Shown: positions 40,720 through 50,424 of the stretch, in pieces | Numbering within the stretch: the stretch's first letter is position 1 | Layout: each line of letters starts with the position of its first letter | Source of the DNA: an uncultured Actinomycetota bacterium | GTDB taxonomy: Bacteria; Actinomycetota; Humimicrobiia; Humimicrobiales; Humimicrobiaceae | Assembly (NCBI GenBank): GCA_964616545.1 | Contig: CAZTUA010000041.1 | Coordinates: forward strand, 3,577 to 67,576 | Direction of reading: 5' to 3' | DNA length: 64,000 nucleotides | Notes under the pieces: generated by a model | What the model was told of the DNA's origin: nothing | What the model saw: only the letters and a program-made list of their open reading frames with translations | The model's database searches: none | Made by a program: the position numbers and the translations under genes

Positions 40720-41477
40720 ATATTAAAATCCTCATAAATTTTTTTTGAGAAGGAAGAGATTGCATTTACGACTCTGAGATTATAATTAAATATTGAGTCA
40801 GGTCCTTTATTCAGGATGAGAAATTCAATGTCTCTGTCATAGGGGATAAAAGCATTTATGGGGTAATGCAAAATTGAGTTCATTCCAGCAGCAGAGATAG
40901 AAGGTCTTGTATTAAATTTGTTTATGAGAATGTCATAATCATAAGAACACTCATCATAAATTATACTCCTGACTATTAAATTCAGGTTATTTATCGATAT
41001 TAAATCAGGCAGCGAGATAAAAACATACTTATCAATAAGGTCCTTTAAATCAACTAAAGCCCGCATAAAGAAGTAGCCCGGAAAATCAATACATATAATA
41101 TCAAAATGGTCCTTAAGTATATCCAGCAGTTTCTCTAAATGCTTTTTGTTAAAAAACTTATTTTTTTCCATTTTTACAGGAGGCAATATCAGATTTAAAC
41201 TATTATCAAAATTGATTACAAGCTTTCTCAATATAGAAACATCAAGTTCACCTATAACTTCCTCCGCGTCACCGAGGTCTCTGTAATCGTCATCCATCAG
41301 ATTAAAGACCAGCCTGCTGTCCTTTTTCCCTATATTTAAATCCAGAAGCAGAATATTTTCGGTAGTCTCCCGTGCAAGATAGGTTGAGACACAATATGAT
41401 ATAAAGCTGCATCCGCAGCCCCCCTTGCTACCGGAAAACAATACAATTTTTGGTTCACGCCCTTCTGATTTAATCAT
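40716..41477 (-). CDS. TadZ/CpaE-like ParA/MinD-fold protein with degenerate Walker A
   Basis: The P-loop position reads GSKGGCGCS rather than the deviant Walker A xKGGxGK[ST]. 253 aa. Sits between cpaB and cpaF, as tadZ does. Confidence 0.55.
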   Translation of the reverse strand: MIKSEGREPKIVLFSGSKGGCGCSFISYCVSTYLARETTENILLLDLNIGKKDSRLVFNLMDDDYRDLGDAEEVIGELDVSILRKLVINFDNSLNLILPPVKMEKNKFFNKKHLEKLLDILKDHFDIICIDFPGYFFMRALVDLKDLIDKYVFISLPDLISINNLNLIVRSIIYDECSYDYDILINKFNTRPSISAAGMNSILHYPINAFIPYDRDIEFLILNKGPDSIFNYNLRVVNAISSFSKKIYEDFNI

Positions 41478-41551
41478 TATAAAATTCCTTTCCCAAACAT
41501 GTTAAAAAACAAAGCTGCAGCCTTTAAAAAACTATCATTTGATATCCGGAA

Positions 41552-42292
41552 TTAATTCCTGCAGCAAATTGACATATTTACAGTTCCCCTCTCTATTGCC
41601 ATATATGCTTCCTCTGCTTCGGATTTGCTGAGATAAAAAGTAATTATCAAAGAATTCTTATTGTGAGAGCTGAATAAACCGGTATCCGCTGCCGGACCGG
41701 ATAGAAGACTTCCCATGCCGCCCTCATCTCCTGTATAATTTTCTTCCACATTACCGCCAATCAATATTATTTCCTTTTCGGCCATAATTGTTTCAGAAAA
41801 AAGAATGCTTCCTGCCGGCTCATAGTAAGTGGATATTAAATCAACCTTATCTCCCTCTTTAACAAGAGACCTGTCGCCGTAGAAGTTCACAGGTATGCTT
41901 ACAGCTCTCATCCCGTACGGAATATATGATGAAAAACTGAGACTAAAACCATCGCCGGAACCACTGCCTTCAAGTTTATCTTTTGTGATGATTTCCCCTT
42001 CCTGTATGTCTACTGACGTTTTTTCTCCAATAATTTCATTTTTATCCAGAATGAATTTTTCACTTAAGATGTCTGCCGGTATTTTCTGCTCCACAAGCAA
42101 GTCCGCAGTAATCTCTTCATTTCTGCTTATACTGATCCCTGCTATAAATATCCGGTTATAATCAGCGCTTAAGGGAATTTTTTCTTTTAAATTACTTACA
42201 TAAAGAAAAATAAAAATTCCCCCTGCAATTGATATTATTACAAAAACAATACTCAAAATTCTTTGCCTTATAATCAATGACATTCTATTCAT
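41552..42292 (-). CDS. cpaB: Flp pilus assembly protein CpaB/RcpC-like (SAF domain)
   Basis: N-terminal TM anchor, then a SAF-like region (…ADILSEKFILDKNEIIGEKTSVDIQEGEIITKDKL…). Confidence 0.6.
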   Translation of the reverse strand: MNRMSLIIRQRILSIVFVIISIAGGIFIFLYVSNLKEKIPLSADYNRIFIAGISISRNEEITADLLVEQKIPADILSEKFILDKNEIIGEKTSVDIQEGEIITKDKLEGSGSGDGFSLSFSSYIPYGMRAVSIPVNFYGDRSLVKEGDKVDLISTYYEPAGSILFSETIMAEKEIILIGGNVEENYTGDEGGMGSLLSGPAADTGLFSSHNKNSLIITFYLSKSEAEEAYMAIERGTVNMSICCRN

Positions 42293-42597
42293 AATTTATT
42301 TCCCCTGCATTACGGTTATTTTTGCAGCTCTCTGTATTACTTTTTAAAACTGCCAAAGTACTATTTTGTTATTTAACATATTAGCATATTTAAATATTTG
42401 TGTAAATAGTCATTTATTAAATGTCAGCAAACCTGGATAAAAGTCGGAAATCTTTAGCTGTAATAACGATATTATAGAAAAGGTATCTTAGAATTTCCGT
42501 TACCTTAGAAATACCTCCAATTAATGTTATAATCACTTCTGCAGGATTATCCTGAATTAGTTATTAAAAATAACGGTCTATAAATTATATTGTAGCC

Positions 42598-42948
42598 ATG
42601 AGTAAAGCTTATTATTTTTTTAAAAAGGGTAAGATATTATATAAAAAAGGCAGGTTTCTTGAAGCAATAATGTTTCTGGAAAAGGCCAAAAATCTTGAAC
42701 CCGCAAAAGGCTCTATAAGAGAAACTCTGGCAACTTCCTATTACAACTGCGGGTTCTATAACCCGGCCAGGGAAAATTTTCTGGCAGCCCTCAAGATTGA
42801 CGCTACAAATGATTTTGCACATTACGGACTTGGCCTGTGCCTGATAAGAGAAAAAAAGCTTACCAGGGCAGTGGGACATTTTAAAATTGCTGCAGTCATG
42901 GATCCCGGTTCAGAAAAATATAAAGAAGTGCTGCAGAAGTTTAGTTAA
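42598..42948 (+). CDS. Small TPR-repeat protein (cytoplasmic)
   Basis: Three TPR-like units (…AIMFLEKAKNLEP…, …NFLAALKIDATN…, …AVGHFKIAAVMDP…). No signal peptide. Confidence 0.55.
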   Translation: MSKAYYFFKKGKILYKKGRFLEAIMFLEKAKNLEPAKGSIRETLATSYYNCGFYNPARENFLAALKIDATNDFAHYGLGLCLIREKKLTRAVGHFKIAAVMDPGSEKYKEVLQKFS

Positions 42949-42951
42949 GCT

Positions 42952-43311
42952 TCAGGTTTCAAAATTTATTAAATCTGATTCTTTTAAAGAAGTCCTCTTT
43001 ATTACTCCCGCTGCTGTTTCAAGCACTGAAAAGCCGCCTTTTATAAATGGAGTGACCCTGAAAGGTTTTATATCGTGGTAGATCTTTAAAACCCTGTTGT
43101 TTCTGCCAAGGAATACCGCATCTATCCCATACCTCATACCTATAGTATGGATACTGTTGCAATCCCTTATTAGAAATCCCTGATTATCCCTTAATTTCTT
43201 TCTTATTATCAATCCGGATAATTTGCTTAAAAAACTGGCCGCTTCAATCACTTCAGAAATAATCAGCTCTTTCCTACCGGATTCCGGAAGGTTAATCTTT
43301 ACTGCCTTCAT
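42952..43311 (-). CDS. DUF192 (COG1430) family protein
   Basis: 119 aa. …GFLIRDCNSIHTIGMRYGIDAVFL… matches the DUF192 core. Confidence 0.55.
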   Translation of the reverse strand: MKAVKINLPESGRKELIISEVIEAASFLSKLSGLIIRKKLRDNQGFLIRDCNSIHTIGMRYGIDAVFLGRNNRVLKIYHDIKPFRVTPFIKGGFSVLETAAGVIKRTSLKESDLINFET

Positions 43312-43488
43312 TAGAAATCCCCATTAACAGCCGGCAATATTAATTATTTCCACGTAGCATATAAATAATACATCCTATAACACCCTTTAATAAATCTGTA
43401 ATCTTTTGTACAGAGCCGCTAAAGGCACCTGTTAGATTTTAATTTTTAAAGACCGGCTATACGTATAGGCTGTTAAGATAATGGCAGT

Positions 43489-43779
43489 TTATTCACCAAG
43501 TTCTTCTATGACTTCTTCCTCGCCTGCTTTTAACTCCTCAACCTGCTGTTTATCCAGCCTCAGTAACAGCGTCTGGAACTCACCTACATGGGTTTTTTCT
43601 TCTTTTGCTATGTCCAGCAAAATCTTTTTAATGTCGTTATTTTCCGTAACTGCTGCAAGCTGTTCGTATAGATTTATGGCATCCAGCTCGGCAATTATTC
43701 CAGCTCTAAGAACCTCTCTGTCAATATTTTCTTTTTTCACTTTTGTAAGGTCAATAGGAATATTTGATAACATAGCCAC
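43489..43779 (-). CDS. Ferritin-like four-helix protein of the EncFtn (encapsulated ferritin) type. Orphan: no encapsulin shell gene is adjacent.
   Basis: AELDAINLYEQL…DIAKEEKTHVGEFQTLL parallels the EncFtn metal-site motifs (E-x2-E-…-Y and EEKxHxGE). 96 aa, with no obvious cargo-loading peptide. Confidence 0.5.
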   Translation of the reverse strand: MAMLSNIPIDLTKVKKENIDREVLRAGIIAELDAINLYEQLAAVTENNDIKKILLDIAKEEKTHVGEFQTLLLRLDKQQVEELKAGEEEVIEELGE

Positions 43780-43869
43780 CGCTCCTTTTTGCGTTTTTAT
43801 TTGTAAATTTATTTTCCCTTTATTCTTTATTCCTGTCAGGCCATACCTTTAAAATATCCGCCTGCAGTA

Positions 43870-44502
43870 CTACTTTAAAATCTTAAAGCTCTCAAAAGTA
43901 CTTTCAAAATCTTCTATATTCTCTTCAAAATATTCGGGTTCCGCTGTAAAGGTTAGCACCCAGAAATCTGATTCATGTCCTATTATATACTGTATGACTT
44001 TTGTTTTTGAGCCCTTAACTGTCTGCTCGAATATTACTCTTCCTGTTTCATCATAATTACCGGTAGAAACAATTCCTTCTTCAATAATTGTAAATTCATG
44101 CCCTGCTTCCTCATATAAATCTGACATGTTTTTATATGAAAGCTCTATATAATCTTCCAGTGACAGAGAGCCTGCAGGTTCACCTCCAATTGTAAGATTA
44201 CTCACATTGCCTCCCCCGGCAGCGGTCTCCGAATCATAGGCAAAAAATAATAAATCCCTCCTGCTTGCCAGGACATCCTCGGCCAGCTGTGTCCTGCCTG
44301 CTTCTTTTAGATTATCGGCAACAGAATCCAGCTCGCTCTTTTTTCCGCCTTCCCAGTTTTCCGGCAGGGATATCTCAAAATCGCTTCCGATAAATTCTGC
44401 CCTGGTAGGTCCCATAGCCGCATTTGCTTTACAGCCTGTGCCGGTTATTACTGTAGCTGTTATTATGATAATTGTTACTGTTATTAAAAAAAATTTCTTC
44501 AT
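43870..44502 (-). CDS. Lipoprotein of unknown function
   Basis: Signal peptide plus lipobox ITGTGC. Acidic secreted domain. Confidence 0.5.
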   Translation of the reverse strand: MKKFFLITVTIIIITATVITGTGCKANAAMGPTRAEFIGSDFEISLPENWEGGKKSELDSVADNLKEAGRTQLAEDVLASRRDLLFFAYDSETAAGGGNVSNLTIGGEPAGSLSLEDYIELSYKNMSDLYEEAGHEFTIIEEGIVSTGNYDETGRVIFEQTVKGSKTKVIQYIIGHESDFWVLTFTAEPEYFEENIEDFESTFESFKILK

Positions 44503-44637
44503 ATATTCCCCTTATTATAAATTCTACTTATTATTTTATTCCCTGCTACCCAGTCTGGTTAGCTTTCTTATTTAAAGCATTTTATATTATATCAGTTTTA
44601 ACCCTGCTTGTTAGATTAATCTTCTATAAAAATTTTT

Positions 44638-45129
44638 TTATTTTATATTGATCTGTTTTTTAGAATCTGCAGATTTTTCAAGATATACAATATTAACTTT
44701 ATCGGACTGTTTTTCTGTCTTAAAAACTTTATAGCCTGACTTCCTGTACAGATAAATATTTTTTTTACTTTTTTCTCCAGTAAATAATTCATACCTTGCG
44801 GCATTATTGAATTCTTTTTCTATCTCCGCTAAAAGCCGTGTTCCAATTCCCCGGTTCTGAAAATCAGGGGATACAATAAGCCTGGCGATATAACATGTGC
44901 CGCCTTTAACCTCTGCCCTTACTGAGCCAGTGACCACTCCATCAATCTCAGCAATAAGTATTACCTTTCTTTTAAACTCATCCTCCAGCTGGTCAAAGGT
45001 TTGGGTCAGAGGAGGTATGGAATAATCATCATATATTTCAGCTTCTTTCCTGTAGGCAAGTTTTTGAAGAGCCAGAATTTTGGGTAAATCTCCTTTTTTA
45101 GCCGGTCTTATTCTCAATTTTAAATTCAT
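44638..45129 (-). CDS. GNAT-family N-acetyltransferase
   Basis: Acetyl-CoA binding motif …QNRGIGTRLL…. Confidence 0.8.
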   Translation of the reverse strand: MNLKLRIRPAKKGDLPKILALQKLAYRKEAEIYDDYSIPPLTQTFDQLEDEFKRKVILIAEIDGVVTGSVRAEVKGGTCYIARLIVSPDFQNRGIGTRLLAEIEKEFNNAARYELFTGEKSKKNIYLYRKSGYKVFKTEKQSDKVNIVYLEKSADSKKQINIK

Positions 45130-45306
45130 CCTATGTCCATAGTTTATAGTTCACATTACCAATAAAAATATCTCTTTCTCCGGTTCTTTTCTTTCCAGGC
45201 TTTAATATATTTTCCTATTAGCTTTTTTGCAGTCTCTTCTATCATAGATTAAACATCCATGTTGTAACTCAATTACTCAAAATATTGATTAAGTCCTTTA
45301 ATAGAA

Positions 45307-45636
45307 TTATTGTTTGCGTGATTTATCAAGAGCATCGCGTGCATCCGGCGCCATCCGGAAAAAATCCTCCAGTTTATCACAAGGGTACATTTCACAGCAC
45401 GCACAGTTTTCCAGCCCTCTTTCAATACAGCACTTGCGGATCTCACAGACATCACAGTGAGAAAATTTCAGCTCATCAGAAAGGCAGCCGTTGCAATTGA
45501 TATCTTCCGGCTTTATATCGGCATTATACATTGCCGACCACTCCTTTGCTACTTCCGCCCGCTTGCTATCATCGTTGGCCATTGTAGCAATATATGCCCC
45601 GCACGTTGAACAGTTCAAACCACAACAGGCAATCAT
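45307..45636 (-). CDS. Cysteine-rich DUF3795-like protein
   Basis: MIACCGLNCSTCGAY…CNGCLSD…CDVCEIRKCCIERGLENCACCEMYPCDKL. The longer ORF-track version (to 45873) overlaps the upstream CPBP gene and is rejected. Confidence 0.5.
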   Translation of the reverse strand: MIACCGLNCSTCGAYIATMANDDSKRAEVAKEWSAMYNADIKPEDINCNGCLSDELKFSHCDVCEIRKCCIERGLENCACCEMYPCDKLEDFFRMAPDARDALDKSRKQ

Positions 45637-45671
45637 TTTTATCTCCTTTCTGGTTTTGATTATTAATTCTT

Positions 45672-46442
45672 TCAGGCTAAATTCACAGCTAATATAATCA
45701 TGGCTACCGATATAATGTTTACGGCACAGTGTATAATTATTCCTATATATATGTTCTTCTTCCACCATACTGCGTATACCATTGGTAGCATTGCCAGAAT
45801 TCTCGCCGGGTTCTGCCAGGGAGTGAAGAAATGATAGATTGAGAAAAGAACTGCATTTACCAGCGGAGCCCATCCTTTTAGACGGGATATTCTCGGCAGC
45901 AGGTAACCTCTAAAATAAAGCTCTTCTACAACAGGTCCTGCAATCCCATTGAAAACAATCCCCAATATAGAGGCCCATAACAGTGATCCCTGAGAATAAT
46001 GCTCTATGTTGCCGGCGATATTTGCCATATTGAACCACTCCGGGAGCCAGAAAAATACTTTATCAATTATATAATTATCGATTGGCTGGGTTGCAATGCC
46101 CAGTAAAAGTATAATCCATGCTATACAGGGCAATGATATGGCAATATACTGCCAGGCACGCACAGGCTTGCGGTAAAGTACAATTCCTTTAAGTGAGAGT
46201 CTGCCGTTTTTCTTCTTACCCTGATACAGCAGGAAACCCAGCTCAAATGGGATAAGTACAACTACAACGGCAAGAAGTAATGCATTCATGGAAGGAATCG
46301 CGTTTCTTTCAAAGATGGGAGCAACTATAATATAAAATATAAGTATAAGGACTCCGGGCAGTAGATGCAGGATAATGGATTTTATAATGGAGTGCTGTTC
46401 AATATCGGATTCTGATGTAGAAATATTACCAGTTTTTGACAT
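45672..46442 (-). CDS. CPBP-family (CAAX/Abi) intramembrane metalloprotease
   Basis: EELYFRGYLLPR and FSIYH motifs in a multi-TM protein. Confidence 0.7.
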   Translation of the reverse strand: MSKTGNISTSESDIEQHSIIKSIILHLLPGVLILIFYIIVAPIFERNAIPSMNALLLAVVVVLIPFELGFLLYQGKKKNGRLSLKGIVLYRKPVRAWQYIAISLPCIAWIILLLGIATQPIDNYIIDKVFFWLPEWFNMANIAGNIEHYSQGSLLWASILGIVFNGIAGPVVEELYFRGYLLPRISRLKGWAPLVNAVLFSIYHFFTPWQNPARILAMLPMVYAVWWKKNIYIGIIIHCAVNIISVAMIILAVNLA

Positions 46443-46544
46443 CTCGTAACCCCTTTATTCTGTTAAATATTTAATTTCAAATATTACCATAATCTTTTAA
46501 GTATTTATATAATTTACAATTTTATACCAGGGTTTTTATAAGTT

Positions 46545-47591
46545 TTAAAAACAGCGTTTCTTTTCCTTTTTTAAACACTGCTCCAGCCCGCACTTGTAGC
46601 AAATCTCATTCTTAAGATACCCTCCATCAAAAAATTCCTTTATATTCTCCAGGGTAGTTTCTGCAATATTATGGAGAGCCTCTGATGTAAAAAACCCCTG
46701 GTGGGAAGTTATCAGAACATTTGGGAAGGTTATAAGACGTGCCAGTATATCATCGGATATCATTTGCGTTGAATAGTCCTCAAAGAAATACTCGCTTTCC
46801 TCCTCATAAACATCCAGACCGGCCGAACCAACCTTGCCGGCTTTAAGCATTTTTATCAGCGCACTGGTATGTATAAGCTTGCCTCTTCCGGTATTAATAA
46901 TCATAACCCCGTCTTTCATTTTTTTGATACTATTTTCATTAATCATATGCTCAGTTTCAGGAGTGAGGGGGCAGTGAAGCGAGATAATATCAGATCTCTC
47001 AAAAAGTTCATCCAGACTTACATATTTAATGCCTGCCTCTTTCTTATAATCTCTGTCCGGATATACATCATAAGCCAGAATTTCCATTCCGAATCCTTTT
47101 AAAATGGATATAAGACACCTGCCTATTTTACCAGTTCCTATAATACCCGCTGTCTTTCCATTCATGTCAAACCCGAGCAGGCCGTTAATTGAAAAGTTTC
47201 CATCCCGTATACGGTAATACGCTCTGTGCGTTTTACGGTTAAGCGAGAGTATGAGCGCTGCGGCATGTTCCGCAACGGCATAAGGTGAGTAAGCCGGAAC
47301 GCGTACCACATGGACCTTGCCCAGAGCCGCCTTAAAATCAACATTATTATAACCCGCGCTGCGCAGTGCAATTATCTCAATATCATGTTCAAATAGATTG
47401 TCTATAACCTTTTTATTTATTATATCATTAACAAAAGCGCATACTGCATCAAAACCATAAGCGAGTTCCACCGTCTGAGGATTGATATGAGCATCGTAAT
47501 AAGTTATATCAAATCCAAAACCTGTATTTGCCCTGTCAAATGACTGGCGGTCATATGGTTTTGCATCAAAGAAAGCAATTTTTTTATTCAT
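46545..47591 (-). CDS. D-isomer-specific 2-hydroxyacid dehydrogenase (D-lactate dehydrogenase-like)
   Basis: NAD-binding GIIGTGKIGR. Catalytic His/Glu/Arg region. 348 aa. Confidence 0.85.
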   Translation of the reverse strand: MNKKIAFFDAKPYDRQSFDRANTGFGFDITYYDAHINPQTVELAYGFDAVCAFVNDIINKKVIDNLFEHDIEIIALRSAGYNNVDFKAALGKVHVVRVPAYSPYAVAEHAAALILSLNRKTHRAYYRIRDGNFSINGLLGFDMNGKTAGIIGTGKIGRCLISILKGFGMEILAYDVYPDRDYKKEAGIKYVSLDELFERSDIISLHCPLTPETEHMINENSIKKMKDGVMIINTGRGKLIHTSALIKMLKAGKVGSAGLDVYEEESEYFFEDYSTQMISDDILARLITFPNVLITSHQGFFTSEALHNIAETTLENIKEFFDGGYLKNEICYKCGLEQCLKKEKKRCF

Positions 47592-47684
47592 CTAATCCAC
47601 TCTCTTAATATTATTTAAAAATTATATGATTTAATATATTACATTATATTTAATTAAAGATAATCAGGCATTCCTGCTGCTTTT

Positions 47685-48095
47685 TTAGTCAACAGCACTG
47701 GCTTGTTTTTCTATCTTATTATACCACTGGATATATTCAAGAATATTATTGTCCGGGTCGCTGAAATATACCCATGTCTCTTCATCTTTTATTTCAAATG
47801 GCCCCTCTACTATATGTATATTTTTCTTTTTTAATGTCTTAATAGACGATTTCATATCTTCAACTTCCAGGCAAAAATGTGGACAATATGGCTTCTTTAT
47901 TTCAGGTTTTCGGTATTCTCCTTTCAGATCCTGGATTAATTCAAGGCAGGCGTCTCCATATTCAAGAAACGCATATTCTTCCTGCTGGTCTTCATTTACA
48001 GATCTGAATTTTAGTTTAAAACCGAGCTTCTGGGTATAAAATTCAATAGAAGAATTAATATCAGAGACCTGAAAGGCTGCGTGATCAAAATTCAT
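47685..48095 (-). CDS. VOC (glyoxalase/bleomycin-resistance/dioxygenase) family protein
   Basis: The N-terminus MNFDHAAFQVSDINSSIEFY… is a typical beta-alpha-beta-beta-beta module. Confidence 0.6.
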   Translation of the reverse strand: MNFDHAAFQVSDINSSIEFYTQKLGFKLKFRSVNEDQQEEYAFLEYGDACLELIQDLKGEYRKPEIKKPYCPHFCLEVEDMKSSIKTLKKKNIHIVEGPFEIKDEETWVYFSDPDNNILEYIQWYNKIEKQASAVD

Positions 48096-48189
48096 TGCTT
48101 TCTCCTCTACTTTCTTTATCCATATTTATAACTCTATCTTTTTCCAGCTGTGATAAACTTTTTTCCATTGTAATCTCATCCCATGTGTT

Positions 48190-48603
48190 TTAACTGTCTT
48201 CTTCGTATTCCTGCCCAATTATATTTTTATTTTCGTCTGTTATAAAAGTTCCTTTTGTTAAATCCAGTATAACCATTTTATTTTTCCAGGGGTCCTCAAT
48301 TACCGCACATTTCCCTATTTTTATATCAAATGGACCAAAAACGACTTTCCTGCCTGCCTTACTTATTTTTTTAACAGCCTCTTTGACATTCTCTACCATA
48401 ATATCTGTCTCCTGCTTTTTGTCCTTATTCTGGATCACAATCTCTGTTTTAGCATCATTCATCAAAAGGCCAATGGCATTCTCAGTTTTCCATGCAACTT
48501 GCAGTCCTAATTTATTGTGATAATACTCCAGTTCTTTTTCCAGATCAGGGACATATATTCTTATACAATCAACATAACTGAAGATAGATTTACCGGTTTC
48601 CAT
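48190..48603 (-). CDS. VOC/glyoxalase-like family protein
   Basis: …IRIYVPDLEKELEYYHNKLGL… resembles a VOC domain. Confidence 0.45.
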   Translation of the reverse strand: METGKSIFSYVDCIRIYVPDLEKELEYYHNKLGLQVAWKTENAIGLLMNDAKTEIVIQNKDKKQETDIMVENVKEAVKKISKAGRKVVFGPFDIKIGKCAVIEDPWKNKMVILDLTKGTFITDENKNIIGQEYEEDS

Positions 48604-49159
48604 TTAAAACTTCCATAGTTTTTTTAATAATTTTATTTTTCACTTCTTCAATGGCCTGTTTATCATTCAAAGGTGAGGCAGAAGTAATCGCATCGATTTT
48701 GTCCTTATCCAGGTCAGAACCATACGGAATATTGAAGCGACTGTAAGTAGAGAAGTAAATAATACTGTCTGAGTAGTCGTTTGTTTTGATGTACTCAACC
48801 GTTTCCGTTAATGGCTTGAAGCCCTCGGTGCTGGATAAAAGAATGGCAGCATCATAATCTGTAAGGCCGTATTGACTGCCTTTTGAGACAGCATCAACCG
48901 TTACGCTGATTCCTTTTATGTTAAATTCTTTTACCAGGTCTGTAACCAGTTCTTCCTTAAATTCAGTATCAGAATATAAAATACAGATATCTGCCACTGA
49001 ATCTGTAACTGGATAAGTTTTGTAATAATTTTTATCAGAAACTTCATTAGAAATCTCATCAGGAATACTCCCGGAAACCGTATCAGGGACACATGAGCTT
49101 AAAAAAATAATCACAGAAAGCAATGTGAGAAGCGGCACACCTTTTTTTATAGCTGACAT
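48590..49159 (-). CDS. Lipoprotein of unknown function
   Basis: Signal peptide plus lipobox LSSC. Confidence 0.4.
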   Translation of the reverse strand: MSAIKKGVPLLTLLSVIIFLSSCVPDTVSGSIPDEISNEVSDKNYYKTYPVTDSVADICILYSDTEFKEELVTDLVKEFNIKGISVTVDAVSKGSQYGLTDYDAAILLSSTEGFKPLTETVEYIKTNDYSDSIIYFSTYSRFNIPYGSDLDKDKIDAITSASPLNDKQAIEEVKNKIIKKTMEVLNGNR

Positions 49160-49305
49160 ATCAACCTCCGGAGTTTATTAATTAAGATAAAGTTTTCTAA
49201 AAATATTTAAATCTCCAAACTAGACTCTATTAATAATATCAGATAATTTTAAAAAGTATTAATAGATTGTTTTGTGCAGCAATCCGGAATATTTTAAGCT
49301 TTATA

Positions 49306-49809
49306 TTATATAGCTGGAAGGTCGCATATCATACAGATATCAGTATGCTCGATTGAGGTGCCTCCATCGCGTATGACTGTCTGAAGTTTGCCATTCAGTA
49401 TATAGGGGGAAAATCCCATTTTTTCATAAAAAGCAATTGCCCCTGAATTATTTTCATATACAGTAAGATAAAGGCAATCAAAGCTGCCGTTGCATTTTTT
49501 CTTTAAATGCTCAACCAGAGAAGTGGCTATGCCCTGCCCTTTATAATCAGGATTTACAGATAGATACTCTATCTCGCAGGTACTTTTATCTGGAACATTA
49601 TTTCCTGCAGATTTCGCCATAATCATTCCGGCAATTGTGTCATCTTCAATATATAAATATGAATTATTGGAATACGTATTTATATCATTTTTTATTTTTT
49701 CACAGATGTTTTCGGCAAATTCATAGGATATGAATTTAATATTCATGAGAAGCAGTGTAATCCGATTTGAATATTTTTTTAAATAATTTTTATTCAATTT
49801 AACAATCAT
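49306..49809 (-). CDS. GNAT-family N-acetyltransferase
   Basis: …YKGQGIATSLV… acetyl-CoA motif. 167 aa. Confidence 0.75.
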   Translation of the reverse strand: MIVKLNKNYLKKYSNRITLLLMNIKFISYEFAENICEKIKNDINTYSNNSYLYIEDDTIAGMIMAKSAGNNVPDKSTCEIEYLSVNPDYKGQGIATSLVEHLKKKCNGSFDCLYLTVYENNSGAIAFYEKMGFSPYILNGKLQTVIRDGGTSIEHTDICMICDLPAI

Positions 49810-50140
49810 TAATTTCTTCCCGGGTACAGCTTTTATATAGATAACTCGATTACTGCCTGTGCGAATACTACTTTGAGTTGGTGACTTATCTTTAATATAG
49901 TAATAAAAATATTATTAATAGTTATATTAATAAAAGTAAAAAAACTTATGTAGATTATAGAATTTTTTTTTCTAAAAATCCAGTACCTGAAAATTCTTAT
50001 TTTTAAGAGTATTTTTTTAAAACAATTAGAAGCAAGGATACAAAATCATCTTTTTTAGTTTTTTCCGGCAGATTTTGCGTATCTTTTTTTTATCTTCAGT
50101 GATTTGTTCAGGTGAGCTGCCTGATGCCGGGTAATGGGTA

Positions 50141-50219
50141 TGGTCGGGATGGGGGGATTTGAACCCCCGACCTCAGCGTCCCGAACGCTGCGCGCTAAGC
50201 CAGGCTGCGCTACATCCCG
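50141..50219 (-). tRNA. tRNA-Pro (anticodon CGG) with encoded CCA
   Basis: Hand-folded cloverleaf from the reverse complement: CGGGATG|TA|GCGC-AGCCTGGCTTA-GCGC|G|CAGCG-TTCGGGA-CGCTG|AGGTC|GGGGG-TTCAAAT-CCCCC|CATCCCG|A|CCA. All four stems are Watson-Crick and the T-loop reads TTCAAAT. Confidence 0.85.
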
Positions 50220-50424
50220 ATATAAGAAAATAATACACGTTAGAATTAACTTATATGAACCCTGCTATTTTATCAACTAAAATCAAGTTTTTAAAGAAAA
50301 TAAAACATATGAAGCTGCATACCATTTGACAGAAGAGCCTTAAATTTAACCCAAGTCCCGTATTATAAGTAAAGATTTTATAAAATACTCTAACACTGCC
50401 CTAACAAGACTGCAGGAAGTTTTA

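Noticed and set aside
43489-44502. Complete encapsulin nanocompartment operon (EncFtn plus shell)
   Set aside because: Neither flanking gene (DUF192, lipoprotein) resembles an HK97-fold encapsulin shell protein. Only the ferritin-like component is present.
45307-45873. 188-aa version of the DUF3795 ORF
   Set aside because: The 5' 79 codons overlap the 3' end of the upstream CPBP protease gene and lack motif content. Met80 (45636) gives a compact Cys-rich protein that begins right after the upstream stop.
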